From assembly GCA_001830425.1 (NCBI GenBank), contig MIAA01000014.1, forward strand, positions 13,891 to 77,890: 64,000 nt of DNA, given 5' to 3'. This document shows, in pieces, positions 6,846-15,839 of the stretch (positions are counted from its first letter, which is position 1; every line of letters starts with the position of its first letter). The notes beneath the pieces are model-generated. The model did not search any database. It saw only the letters and a program-made list of their open reading frames with translations, and had not been told where the DNA came from. The DNA is from Rhodospirillales bacterium RIFCSPLOWO2_02_FULL_58_16. Its GTDB lineage: Bacteria; Pseudomonadota; Alphaproteobacteria; Rhodospirillales; 2-02-FULL-58-16. A program made the position numbers and the translations under genes.

Positions 6846-9377
6846 ATGCTTAACCGTCGGAAATTCCTGGAACTGGGCGCCGCCGTCGCCGCCGCAGCGA
6901 CGGTTTTATCCGGTGGAACGGCCCTCGCCGCGCCGCAAGGCGTGACGTTCAAGGGCGGCAAGGATTTTTCGCCGAAAACAGGGAAAGAACGCACCGCCAT
7001 ACCCTCCGCCTGCTGGGGCTGCGTAACCCGTTGTCCGATGATCGGCTATGTGGAGGACGGCAAGATAGTCAAGATCGAAGGCCAGCCCAAATCTATCCGT
7101 ACCGAGGGCGTCATGTGCGCCAAGGGGCAGGCAGGCGTCAATCAGGCCAACGATCCTGATCGCATCCTCTACCCCATGAAGCGCGTCGGCAAGCGCGGCG
7201 AGGGGCAATGGAAGAGAATATCCTGGGACGAGGCCATGGGTGAGTTGACGGCGCGTTTGAAGAAGCTCAGGGATGAAGGAACGCCGGAAAAATTCGCCTT
7301 CCATTACGGACGGATGAAGTCCTCGTCCGGCAAGCTGATCAAGGATGTCTTTCTGGCCGCCTACGGAACGGGCACTATCGGCGACCACACCAGCATCTGC
7401 GAGGGCGGTAAATGGACGGCCCAGGAGCTGACCTGGGGCGTCTCGTATGATAACTGGGACTTCGACAATGCCCGCTATATCCTCAACTTCGGTTCCAATG
7501 TTCTGGAAGCCCATACCAACCACACCCCGACGGCGCACCGCCTGTTGCGGGCGATGGCGGACAGAAAAATCAAGATGGTGACTTTTGACGTGCGCATGTC
7601 CAATACCGCCGCCAAATCGACAGAGTGGATGCCGATCAGGCCGGGAACCGACATGGCCGTGGCCCTGGCCATGTGCAGCGTGGTCATGGAAAAAGACCTT
7701 TACAAAGGCGAGGGCGAGGAGCTTTTCAAGTTCTGCAAGGTTGCTTCCGGCTTCGGCGCCTCCACCGAGGAAAAGGTGGCGGCGCTGAAAGCGCATCTGG
7801 CTCCCTATACGCCGGAATGGGCGGAGAAAATCAGCGGCGTTCCCGCCGTCAAGATCAGGGAAATCGCCGTCGCCTTCGCCGCCGCCAAGCCGGCGTGCGT
7901 CATCAGCTATCGCGGGGCCGTTGCTCACTATAACGGCAATGATACCGAACGGGCGATCCAGATGCTGGCCACGATCACCGGCAACATCGACAACCCCGGC
8001 GGTCGCTGCAAAGCCGTTGACGCCAAATGGAAATACCATAAGGGACCGAAAGACAAGCCGAAGGCCAGGAAACTGAATATCCTGGACGGCTTCAAGGGCG
8101 ACGCGGCGCTGCCCACGCACCATGTAAGCCACCGCCTGCTCAAGATGATCAAGGACGGCAAAGCCGGACGGCCCGACGTTTATATGTGGTACTGCTATAC
8201 GCCGGTGTACGCCAACGGCGAGGTTCAGGAGAATATAGACATCCTGAAAGACGAAACCTTGATCCCGTATACGGTATGCGTCAACCCGTTCTATGATGAG
8301 TCGGCGGCGCTGGCCGACCTTATCCTTCCCGACGCCACTTACCTTGAAAGGTGGGATACCGAGGACATGGTGTCCCCTAATCAGATCGCCGAATACGCCA
8401 TCCGTCAGCCTTTGATCAAGCCGATGGGCGAAGCCAGGAACTTCGCCGATGTCTGCTGCGAAATGGCCGAGAGGATGGGGTTCCCGCTCGGCTTTGCTTC
8501 GATGGAGGAGTTCGTCAAGATCGCCTGCAACGAGACGCCGGGCGTCAAGGAAGCCGGCGGATTCGAGTATATGAAACAGCAGGGCGTCTGGCATGACCCG
8601 GAGGCCAAGCCTAAATACTTCTCGTACAAAAAGGCGATCAAGCCGGAAGAGTATGAGGCCGAGGGCGTTATCCTTGACGAGGCTACGGGGGTCTATTGGG
8701 AGTGGAAGAAGGCCGAGGCGGAAAGCGCCGAAGAGGCCCGCGCCAAGGGTTACTCCCACACCAAGAAATCCTATTCCGGGTACGTCGGCCAGAAGATCGG
8801 CGGCGCCGTCTACTATGGCTTCAAGCCCGACAAACTCAACAAGTCTGGATATATGGAACTCTACTCAACCATCATGGAGGAAAACGGGTTCCCGCCGCTG
8901 CCGACATGGACCGCCATTCCCGAACACGGCAAGATGAAAGCGGGCGATATGATCCTCACCACCTACAAGGCGGCGCCGCAGACTCAATCGCGATCACAGA
9001 ACTGCAAGTGGCTGACCGAGATTTATCACGACAATCCGGCCCTGATCAACCCGGCCACGGCCAAGGAAAAGAACATCGCCGACGGTGACCGCATCAAGGT
9101 CAAGTCAAAGATCGGCGAGATCGTAACCATGGCCAGAGTGACCGCCTGCGTAGTCCCCGGCGTGGTTGCCATCGCGCATCACTGCGGGCATTGGGAATAT
9201 GGCCGTTACGCCAGCGGCAAGAAGGCGCCGGAAGGAGTCGACGATGCTGATTTTGCCGGGATGTGGTGGAAGGGGAGTCATGGCGTCCACCCCAACTGGA
9301 TCATCCCCAACGACCCTGATCCGGTCAATGGACAGATCACGGTCATGGATACGGTTGTCTCCGTTACCAAGGCTTGA
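6846..9377 (+). CDS. molybdopterin (bis-MGD) oxidoreductase catalytic subunit, Tat-exported
   Basis: 843 aa. Tat signal MLNRRKFLELGAAVAAAATVL...ALAA. N-terminal FeS motif CWGCVTRCPM...C. Candidate Mo-ligand Cys in HTSICEGGK. Substrate cannot be called from sequence alone. Confidence 0.9.
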   Translation: MLNRRKFLELGAAVAAAATVLSGGTALAAPQGVTFKGGKDFSPKTGKERTAIPSACWGCVTRCPMIGYVEDGKIVKIEGQPKSIRTEGVMCAKGQAGVNQANDPDRILYPMKRVGKRGEGQWKRISWDEAMGELTARLKKLRDEGTPEKFAFHYGRMKSSSGKLIKDVFLAAYGTGTIGDHTSICEGGKWTAQELTWGVSYDNWDFDNARYILNFGSNVLEAHTNHTPTAHRLLRAMADRKIKMVTFDVRMSNTAAKSTEWMPIRPGTDMAVALAMCSVVMEKDLYKGEGEELFKFCKVASGFGASTEEKVAALKAHLAPYTPEWAEKISGVPAVKIREIAVAFAAAKPACVISYRGAVAHYNGNDTERAIQMLATITGNIDNPGGRCKAVDAKWKYHKGPKDKPKARKLNILDGFKGDAALPTHHVSHRLLKMIKDGKAGRPDVYMWYCYTPVYANGEVQENIDILKDETLIPYTVCVNPFYDESAALADLILPDATYLERWDTEDMVSPNQIAEYAIRQPLIKPMGEARNFADVCCEMAERMGFPLGFASMEEFVKIACNETPGVKEAGGFEYMKQQGVWHDPEAKPKYFSYKKAIKPEEYEAEGVILDEATGVYWEWKKAEAESAEEARAKGYSHTKKSYSGYVGQKIGGAVYYGFKPDKLNKSGYMELYSTIMEENGFPPLPTWTAIPEHGKMKAGDMILTTYKAAPQTQSRSQNCKWLTEIYHDNPALINPATAKEKNIADGDRIKVKSKIGEIVTMARVTACVVPGVVAIAHHCGHWEYGRYASGKKAPEGVDDADFAGMWWKGSHGVHPNWIIPNDPDPVNGQITVMDTVVSVTKA

Positions 9378-9386
9378 GGAGCGTTG

Positions 9387-9971
9387 ATGGGCTTTCCCTT
9401 GCGGCTGCTGATTTTGTCAGCGTCGGCGTTGGCGCTTTACTCGCTCGTTACGGCTTCCTCCCGCCCCGCCAATCCTTGCGGGTGGTGGGGCGACGGCGAG
9501 GTGGACCTGACCGGACGGGAAATCACCTACGGCAATCCGGAAGATGCCTCTCCTGCTTCGTCTTACTCGTCGGCGGCCATGACGGGCCACGGCATCGCCA
9601 TTTTCCGCCCGGATCACGCGGTGCCGTATTTACGCGCCGTAGCCGGACGAAATATCTCCGGCATTAACCGGCTTAAGCCCGCCGGGTTTGTTTTTGTCAT
9701 TGATCTCGGCATGCCGACGGCGACAGCCGCGCTGCACAGGGCCGAGGCCGAGGGAGCGGGCATGGGCTATATCGGCATGGCGGTGGAGGGAGAAACGCCG
9801 TCGGCGGAACAAGTAAAGCAATTCTCGGCGGCGGTTGACGATCCAGCCAATCGGCCGATGGTTGTCTTCGCCCCGACATCCGAACTGCTGGGGACGATAT
9901 GGACGCTCCATCGCCTGGGCCAGGGAGAACTTCAGGGTACCGCCGTCGGCGAAGGTCGGGCGTTACAATAG
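9387..9971 (+). CDS. exported protein with a DSP/PTP-like (DUF442/TIGR01244-like) C-terminal domain lacking an obvious CX5R
   Basis: Signal-like N-terminus (LLILSASALALYSLVTA). The C-terminal half resembles sulfur-transferase/phosphatase-like domains (GETPSAEQVKQFSAAV...RPMVVFAPTSELLGTIW). ATG 9387 follows GAGGA. The assignment rests on my memory of the family. Confidence 0.45.
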   Translation: MGFPLRLLILSASALALYSLVTASSRPANPCGWWGDGEVDLTGREITYGNPEDASPASSYSSAAMTGHGIAIFRPDHAVPYLRAVAGRNISGINRLKPAGFVFVIDLGMPTATAALHRAEAEGAGMGYIGMAVEGETPSAEQVKQFSAAVDDPANRPMVVFAPTSELLGTIWTLHRLGQGELQGTAVGEGRALQ

Positions 9972-9982
9972 GGTGAGCAATA

Positions 9983-10423
9983 TCATGCTTCGTCGTAATC
10001 GACGGTCAGGCCGGCCTCACGGAACATAGTGTCGGAGATTCTTGCCTGCTCGCCCCACTTTATCTGCTCGAAGTCGGGCTTGGGCGCCACCACCCGGACG
10101 ATTCCGGCCTGGATAATGATCACCGCGCAGCGGGCGCAGGGGGCCAGAGGGGTGACATAGAGGGTGCATCCGTCGGCCTGTCGTCCGGCGAAGAGAATGG
10201 CGTTCTGCTCGGCGTGAACCACCATCTCGTACTTGACGGCGCGGTCTCCCAGACGCTCCTCGCTGTCCTCGATGCCGGCGGGAAAGCCGTTGAAGCCCAC
10301 CGAGATGACGCGCCGCTTCTCAGTGTGGGTGAGAACCGCCCCGACCTTGGTCGAGGGGTCCTTGGACCAGGTGGAGATATGTTCGGCGAGGTCCAGGAAT
10401 CTGCGGTCCCAGCGGTCAATCAT
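9983..10423 (-). CDS. dCMP/cytidine deaminase family zinc enzyme
   Basis: 146 aa. HAEQNAI and PCARCA zinc-binding motifs. Confidence 0.9.
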   Translation of the reverse strand: MIDRWDRRFLDLAEHISTWSKDPSTKVGAVLTHTEKRRVISVGFNGFPAGIEDSEERLGDRAVKYEMVVHAEQNAILFAGRQADGCTLYVTPLAPCARCAVIIIQAGIVRVVAPKPDFEQIKWGEQARISDTMFREAGLTVDYDEA

Positions 10424-10509
10424 TGCGTTTCCCTTCGTTAATTCAGGTATCTTGGCATGATAATTTAGAACATATTAGTGTTGATTGAGAATTAAGGAAA
10501 GCCGCGCCC

Positions 10510-11973
10510 GTGACCGATAGCGTCCTGCTGACCGTGGAAGAGATGGCTGAGGCCGATAAGATCGCCGTGGCTACCGGCGTTCCGAGTCTTGAGTTGATGG
10601 AAGCGGCGGGAACCGCCGTCGCCGATGAAATTTGCCGCCGTTGGCAACCTCGTCCGGTGACCGTGCTTTGCGGTCCCGGCAACAACGGCGGCGACGGGTT
10701 CGTAGCGGCGCGGCTATTGTCCGAGGCGGGATGGCCGGTGAAATTAGCTCTGTCCGGTGAACGTGACCGCTTGCGGGGGGACGCCGCCGTCAATGCCGGT
10801 CGGTGGACGGGCGCGGCGGAGCCTCTTGACGTGAACGTCCTTGACGGGTGCGAATTGGTTATCGACGCCCTGTTCGGCGCCGGATTGGCGAGGCCGTTGT
10901 CGGGCGCCGCCCTAAAAGTCGTCGAGGCGGTCAATGAAAGATCATTGCCGTGCGTCGCCGTGGACATTCCCAGCGGCGTTGACGGCAACAGCGGGCAGGT
11001 TCTCGGCGCCGCCGTTCATGCCTGCCTGACCGTTACTTTTTTTCGCCGCAAGCCGGGGCATTTGCTTTTTCCCGGCGGCGGGCCGGCCGGGGAGGTCGTG
11101 GTCGCCGATATCGGCATTCCCGAATCCGTATTGCTGAAAATCAAGCCGCTGACTTTCGCCAACGCTCCCCTCTTGTGGCTGGATCGCTATCCGTGGCCCG
11201 AAGCGGCCTCCAACAAGTACGCCCGTGGTCACGGTGTAGTGGTCGGCGGCGGCGAAATGACCGGCGCGGCGCGGCTGGCGTCAACGGCGGCGCGGCGCGT
11301 GGGGGCCGGTCTGGTGACCATCGCCGCCCCCGCCGAGGCCATGGTCGTCTATGCGGCGGGAGCGCCGGGAACCCTGTTCAGGCCGGCAGCCGACGACAAG
11401 GAGTTGGCCGTCCTGCTGTCTGACCCGCGCAAGAACGCCGTCCTGATCGGGCCGGGGAGCGGCGTTTCCGAGACGACGCGGCTGATGACGCTCGAAGCCC
11501 TCAGGACGGGAAGGCCGTGCGTTCTCGACGCCGACGCCCTGACCGTCTTTCAGGATGACCCGCAGTCATTGTTTTCCGCTATTGCCGGGCCTTGCGTGCT
11601 GACTCCTCACGAGGGGGAATACGCCCGCCTGTTCGGCTGCTCCGGCGACAAGTTGTTCCGCGCCCGCGCCGCCGCCCGGCAAAGCGGCGCGACGGTTCTT
11701 ATAAAAGGAGCGGACACGGTGATCGCCTCGCCCGACGGCCGCGCCGCAATCAGCGTCAACGGGCCGCCCGAACTGGCGACGGCCGGAACCGGCGACGTGC
11801 TGGCCGGGTTTATTCTCGGCTTGCTGGCCCAGGGCATGGACGCTTTTGACGCCGCTTGCGCCGCTTCCTGGCTGCATGGCGCGGCGGCGGCGCAGTTCGG
11901 CCCCGGCCTGATCGCCGAGGATATCGCAAAAACCCTGCCGACGGTCCTGCGCGACCTTAAAAGAATGCCATGA
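10510..11973 (+). CDS. nnr: bifunctional NAD(P)H-hydrate epimerase / ADP-dependent dehydratase
   Basis: 487 aa, GTG start. YjeF-N (GPGNNGGDGFVAAR) plus a C-terminal carbohydrate kinase domain (GTGDVLAG). Confidence 0.9.
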   Translation: MTDSVLLTVEEMAEADKIAVATGVPSLELMEAAGTAVADEICRRWQPRPVTVLCGPGNNGGDGFVAARLLSEAGWPVKLALSGERDRLRGDAAVNAGRWTGAAEPLDVNVLDGCELVIDALFGAGLARPLSGAALKVVEAVNERSLPCVAVDIPSGVDGNSGQVLGAAVHACLTVTFFRRKPGHLLFPGGGPAGEVVVADIGIPESVLLKIKPLTFANAPLLWLDRYPWPEAASNKYARGHGVVVGGGEMTGAARLASTAARRVGAGLVTIAAPAEAMVVYAAGAPGTLFRPAADDKELAVLLSDPRKNAVLIGPGSGVSETTRLMTLEALRTGRPCVLDADALTVFQDDPQSLFSAIAGPCVLTPHEGEYARLFGCSGDKLFRARAAARQSGATVLIKGADTVIASPDGRAAISVNGPPELATAGTGDVLAGFILGLLAQGMDAFDAACAASWLHGAAAAQFGPGLIAEDIAKTLPTVLRDLKRMP

Positions 11974-12800
11974 AAATCGAGGTATCTCTCCCCGAGGCGG
12001 CGATGACGTTGAGTCCGCTGATTGTTACGGCGCCGGTCGAGCGTTCGGGGACGACCCTGATCCAGCGCCTGATCTGCTCGTCAAACAACGGCATTTGTTA
12101 CGGCGAGAATCTGTTCGTCGAGTTTCTCGACATGCTCGCCTATACCGTTTCCAAGATTCAATACCACTCAAACAACAAGGTTTCCGAAGAGGAGGGGTTG
12201 AAAAGCGTCCTCGAAGGCAGGGCCGACAGGTGGATTCCCGATCTTTCTCCGGGACACGGCGATTACCTGTACGCGATCATCAATATTTTCTATGTGCTGC
12301 CCCGTTTTGCCGACCAATACTCGAACAGCGTCGGCCGGCCGGTTTGGGGGGTGAAAAGGCCGGCGCTCAGTCACGGCGCCGTTGTTCAGTTGTTGTCGCT
12401 GCTGCCCAAGGCCAAGGTTGTTTACGTTTATCGTGATATTTTTGCCTGTGCGCGTTCCGCCAAGGCCAGGAAGTTCATCGAGAACGAAGACGGCGCCGCC
12501 AAAATGGCCGAAGAATGGCGCCGCAACCTGTCGGAAATCATCAATAAGCCGGACCACGGCGGAATATGCCTGATCAAGTACGAAGACTTGGTTGCCGACC
12601 CCGGACGGGAAATAGCCCGCCTGGAGGAGGCGACCGGCGTCCGGGGGATCAATCCGGCGGTGATGAAGGTCAGGGTGAACGCCTGGGAGGGCGAAGGCGA
12701 CGCCGTGAACCAGTATATCCCGCCGTCCGACCTCAGCGGCGGCGAGCGGGAGGTTATCAGGAAAATCGCCGGCGACCTGATCGACAGACTCTATCCGTGA
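11970..12800 (+). CDS. sulfotransferase family protein
   Basis: 276 aa. PAPS 5'-phosphosulfate-binding-loop-like VERSGTTLIQRLI. It also has the VYVYRDIFACARS region. The start overlaps the nnr stop (ATGA). Confidence 0.7.
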   Translation: MKIEVSLPEAAMTLSPLIVTAPVERSGTTLIQRLICSSNNGICYGENLFVEFLDMLAYTVSKIQYHSNNKVSEEEGLKSVLEGRADRWIPDLSPGHGDYLYAIINIFYVLPRFADQYSNSVGRPVWGVKRPALSHGAVVQLLSLLPKAKVVYVYRDIFACARSAKARKFIENEDGAAKMAEEWRRNLSEIINKPDHGGICLIKYEDLVADPGREIARLEEATGVRGINPAVMKVRVNAWEGEGDAVNQYIPPSDLSGGEREVIRKIAGDLIDRLYP

Positions 12801-12852
12801 GGGGGATCAAGATGGTCTTGGAAAATGTCATTCTCCGGCCTATACTGGCGGC

Positions 12853-13140
12853 ATGGAGTTCGTGTGGGACGAAGCTAAGAGCGAGGCCTGTTACTTGGAG
12901 CGCGGCTTTGACTTCGCCCATGTGGTCCGGGTTTTTCTCGATGCGGATCGTCTCATCGAACCCGATAACCGCCTCGATTACGGCGAGCCGCGCTACCGCG
13001 TTCTGGGGCGCATAGATGGTCGCGTTTTCGTTGTCATATACACGCCGCGCGGCAAGCGGTTTCGTCTCATTTCGGCTCGTAAGGCAAACAAAAGGGAGAC
13101 CCAGCGATATGTCGCAAGTCCATGTGACAACGACGCCTGA
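12853..13140 (+). CDS. brnT: BrnT-family (DUF497) type II toxin
   Basis: 95 aa. FVWDEAK...GFDF...DYGEPRY...VVIYTPRG...RLISARKANKRE is the typical BrnT pattern. Confidence 0.85.
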   Translation: MEFVWDEAKSEACYLERGFDFAHVVRVFLDADRLIEPDNRLDYGEPRYRVLGRIDGRVFVVIYTPRGKRFRLISARKANKRETQRYVASPCDNDA

Positions 13141-13441
13141 CGGCAAATCGCCTACGGGACGGATCAATACGGCGAAGGTCGATGCGACGACCGAGGCCGA
13201 GATCAATCGTCAAGCCGCCGACGACGAGGCCGAGGCGAGGCGCGATGCGGCGGCCTATGCGCGGCGCGTACGCAAACGCACCGGCTTGACGCAAGCCGCA
13301 TTTGCCGCACGGATCGGCGTGTCTCTCGACACGATCCATAACTGGGAACAGGGCAAGCGCTCGCCCGCCGGTCCCGCAAAGGCGCTCCTGAAGGTGCTCG
13401 ACCGCGCCCCGGAGACGGCTCTCGCAGCCCTTAAGGCGTGA
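13109..13441 (+). CDS. brnA: BrnA-like / XRE-HTH antitoxin
   Basis: ATG 13109 is preceded by AAAGGGAGA and overlaps the toxin 3' end by 32 nt. HTH: TGLTQAAFAARIGVSLDTIHNWEQGKRSPAGPAKALL. Confidence 0.8.
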   Translation: MSQVHVTTTPDGKSPTGRINTAKVDATTEAEINRQAADDEAEARRDAAAYARRVRKRTGLTQAAFAARIGVSLDTIHNWEQGKRSPAGPAKALLKVLDRAPETALAALKA

Positions 13442-13530
13442 GCGGCCTCGAATCTGATCCCTTGACGTGATTGACAGGTTCTATCAATCGTATAAAGTCG
13501 CGCACCCGCCCGGAAAAGCCGGGTTTGGCG

Positions 13531-13615
13531 GCGGGCGTGGTGGAACTGGTAGACACGCTTGGTTTAGGTCCAAGTGCCGAAAGGTTTGGGGGTTCGAGTC
13601 CCTTCGCCCGCACCA
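13531..13615 (+). tRNA. tRNA-Leu (anticodon TAG)
   Basis: Manual fold. Acceptor GCGGGCG/CGCCCGC, anticodon stem CTTGG/CCAAG with loop TT-TAG-GT, long variable arm, T-loop TTCGAGT, encoded CCA. Confidence 0.9.
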
Positions 13616-13656
13616 GCTCATCTTGCAACTTTGTCAACGATATTACTGGGTTTCCA

Positions 13657-15045
13657 ATGCAGGTTAATGAAACAAAAGCCGAGGGACTGAAGCGGGAATT
13701 CGCGATTGCCGTTCCCGGCGCCGAAATCGAGGAAAGCGTCACCAACCGCCTCAAGGAATTGGCGCGAACCGCCCATTTGCCGGGCTTTCGTCCCGGAAAG
13801 GCCCCGGTGTCGCTGTTGCGCAAGAAATACGGCTCAGCGGTTATCGGCGAGGTGCTGGAAAGCACTCTCAACGAGGCGTCAAAGAAGATCATGGCCGAGC
13901 GCGATCTGCGTCCCGCCGTGCGGCCGAAAATCGAGATCACCAAATTCGAGGAAGGCTCGGACCTGGAGTACACCATGGCTATCGAGGTGTTGCCCAAGAT
14001 TGAGCCGCTCGACGCCTCCAGGATCACGCTGGAGCGTCTGGTCGCCGATCCCGAAGAGACCGAAATCGAAAAGGTGCTTGCGCGTCTGGCCGAGGCCAAC
14101 ACGACCTCCAAGCCGGTAGTCGGCGATCGCAGGTCCAAGAACGGCGATGTGTTGGTTATCGATTTTGCCGGCAAGCTGGACGGAGTGGAATTCCCCGGCG
14201 GCAAGGCTGACGGCTATTCGCTGGAGTTGGGGTCCGGCAGCTTCATTCCCGGCTTCGAGGACCAGCTTGTCGGGGCCAAGGCCGGCGATCATGTGACGGT
14301 CAAGGTCTCCTTCCCGGAAAAGTATCAGGCCGCCGGTCTCGCCGGCAAGGACGCGGTTTTCGAGGTCGATGTCAAGGAACTGCGCGAGACGGCGCCGGCT
14401 CAGGTTGATGAAGAACTGGCCAAGGCCCTGGGCGTGAAAAGCCTTGACGTTCTCAAGGAAAATATCCGCGAGGAGCATCGCAAGGAGTTCAGGGAACATT
14501 CACGCCGTCGCCTCAAGCGCTCTCTTCTGGATGCCCTGTCCGACGATCACGATTTTGAAGTACCCGAGAGCTTGCTGGAAGGCGAGTTTGAAAGCATTTG
14601 GGATCAGTTCGAAAAATTCCGCAAATCTTCCCCGCAGGAGTTCGAGAACGAGGACAAGTCCAAAAGCGATGATGACTACAAGGCCGAATTCCGCGTAATC
14701 GCCGAGCGCCGCGTTCGTCTGGCCCTGTTGATGGCCGACGTCGGTCGCCTCAATAACATCAAGGTAAACCCGGAAGACGTCCGCAAGGCGATGATGGCCG
14801 AAGCCAAACGCTTTCCCGGCCAGGAAAAAAGCATAGTCGAGTATTTCGAGAAAACTCCCGGCGCCAGGGAGGGGCTTTCCGCGACCGTTCACGAGGACAA
14901 GGTCGTCGATTTCATCATCGAAATGGCCAAGGTCACCGACAAAAAGGTTTCCGTCGAAGAACTGATGAAAGAACCCGACGAAGCGGAAGCCTCCAAGGCT
15001 AAGGGCGAGGCCAAGAAAAAAGGCAAGAAGGCGGCAAAGAAATGA
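13657..15045 (+). CDS. tig: trigger factor
   Basis: [20 protein letters not shown]... with an FKBP-type PPIase core ([22 protein letters not shown]). The upstream part of the ORF-track ORF overlaps the tRNA, so the start is set at ATG 13657. Confidence 0.93.
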   Translation: MQVNETKAEGLKREFAIAVPGAEIEESVTNRLKELARTAHLPGFRPGKAPVSLLRKKYGSAVIGEVLESTLNEASKKIMAERDLRPAVRPKIEITKFEEGSDLEYTMAIEVLPKIEPLDASRITLERLVADPEETEIEKVLARLAEANTTSKPVVGDRRSKNGDVLVIDFAGKLDGVEFPGGKADGYSLELGSGSFIPGFEDQLVGAKAGDHVTVKVSFPEKYQAAGLAGKDAVFEVDVKELRETAPAQVDEELAKALGVKSLDVLKENIREEHRKEFREHSRRRLKRSLLDALSDDHDFEVPESLLEGEFESIWDQFEKFRKSSPQEFENEDKSKSDDDYKAEFRVIAERRVRLALLMADVGRLNNIKVNPEDVRKAMMAEAKRFPGQEKSIVEYFEKTPGAREGLSATVHEDKVVDFIIEMAKVTDKKVSVEELMKEPDEAEASKAKGEAKKKGKKAAKK

Positions 15046-15065
15046 AAGGCCCGGTAGAGACAAAC

Positions 15066-15698
15066 ATGAGTTATCTTATCCCCATGGTCGTGGAAACGAC
15101 CAACCGTGGCGAGCGTTCCTATGACATCTATTCCCGGCTGCTCAGGGAGCGCATTATTTTCATTACCGGCGCTATTGACGATTCCGTTTCCAGCGTTGTT
15201 TGCGCGCAGTTATTGTTCCTGGAGTCCGAGAATCCCAACAAGGACATCTCGTTTTACATCAATTCGCCGGGCGGCATCGTCACTTCCGGCCTCGCTATTT
15301 ATGACACCATGCGCTACATCCGGCCCGAAGTCTCCACGGTGTGCCTGGGTCAGGCGGCGTCGATGGGATCGTTGTTGCTGGCCGCCGGAAGCAAGGGCAA
15401 GCGCTACGCTCTTCCCAATTCGCGGATCATGATTCACCAGCCTTCCGGCGGCGCCCACGGTCAAGCCACCGATATCGAAATCCAGGCCAGGGAAATCCTC
15501 GCCCTGAGAAGCCGGCTGAACGCCATCTATGCGGAACATACCGGCCAACCCATTGATGTTATTGAGACGGCTCTTGAACGTGACCGTTACATGACTCCCG
15601 ATGACGCCCTGAAATTCGGCCTCATTGATGAAGTCGTCACCAGCCGCCCGATGCCGGAAGATGAGGACAACGGCAAGGATGGGGTGAAAAATAACTAA
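15066..15698 (+). CDS. clpP: ATP-dependent Clp protease proteolytic subunit
   Basis: [26 protein letters not shown]... with catalytic GQAASMGS and IMIHQP. Confidence 0.95.
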   Translation: MSYLIPMVVETTNRGERSYDIYSRLLRERIIFITGAIDDSVSSVVCAQLLFLESENPNKDISFYINSPGGIVTSGLAIYDTMRYIRPEVSTVCLGQAASMGSLLLAAGSKGKRYALPNSRIMIHQPSGGAHGQATDIEIQAREILALRSRLNAIYAEHTGQPIDVIETALERDRYMTPDDALKFGLIDEVVTSRPMPEDEDNGKDGVKNN

Positions 15699-15839
15699 CG
15701 GCGCACCATATAAATGATTGGTTAAGGTTTGCCGGGTAGTTTTGCCGTCTGAGGCTTTGCTGATAAGGGGTTGTGCGCCATGCCCCCATGCAGGTAGAGT
15801 AATATCATTGAGTGAGCCGGCCACTTTAACGGTGTATCC

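Noticed and set aside
6906-8759. 617-aa minus-strand ORF opposite the molybdopterin catalytic subunit
   Set aside because: This is a typical GC-rich antisense shadow ORF. The product is Arg/Gly/Ala-rich and low-complexity with no motifs. The plus-strand gene has unmistakable Tat signal and FeS/Mo motifs.
13471-13656. N-terminal extension of the trigger-factor ORF in the ORF track
   Set aside because: The extension reads straight through the tRNA-Leu gene (13531..13615). The conserved Tig N-terminus begins at ATG 13657.
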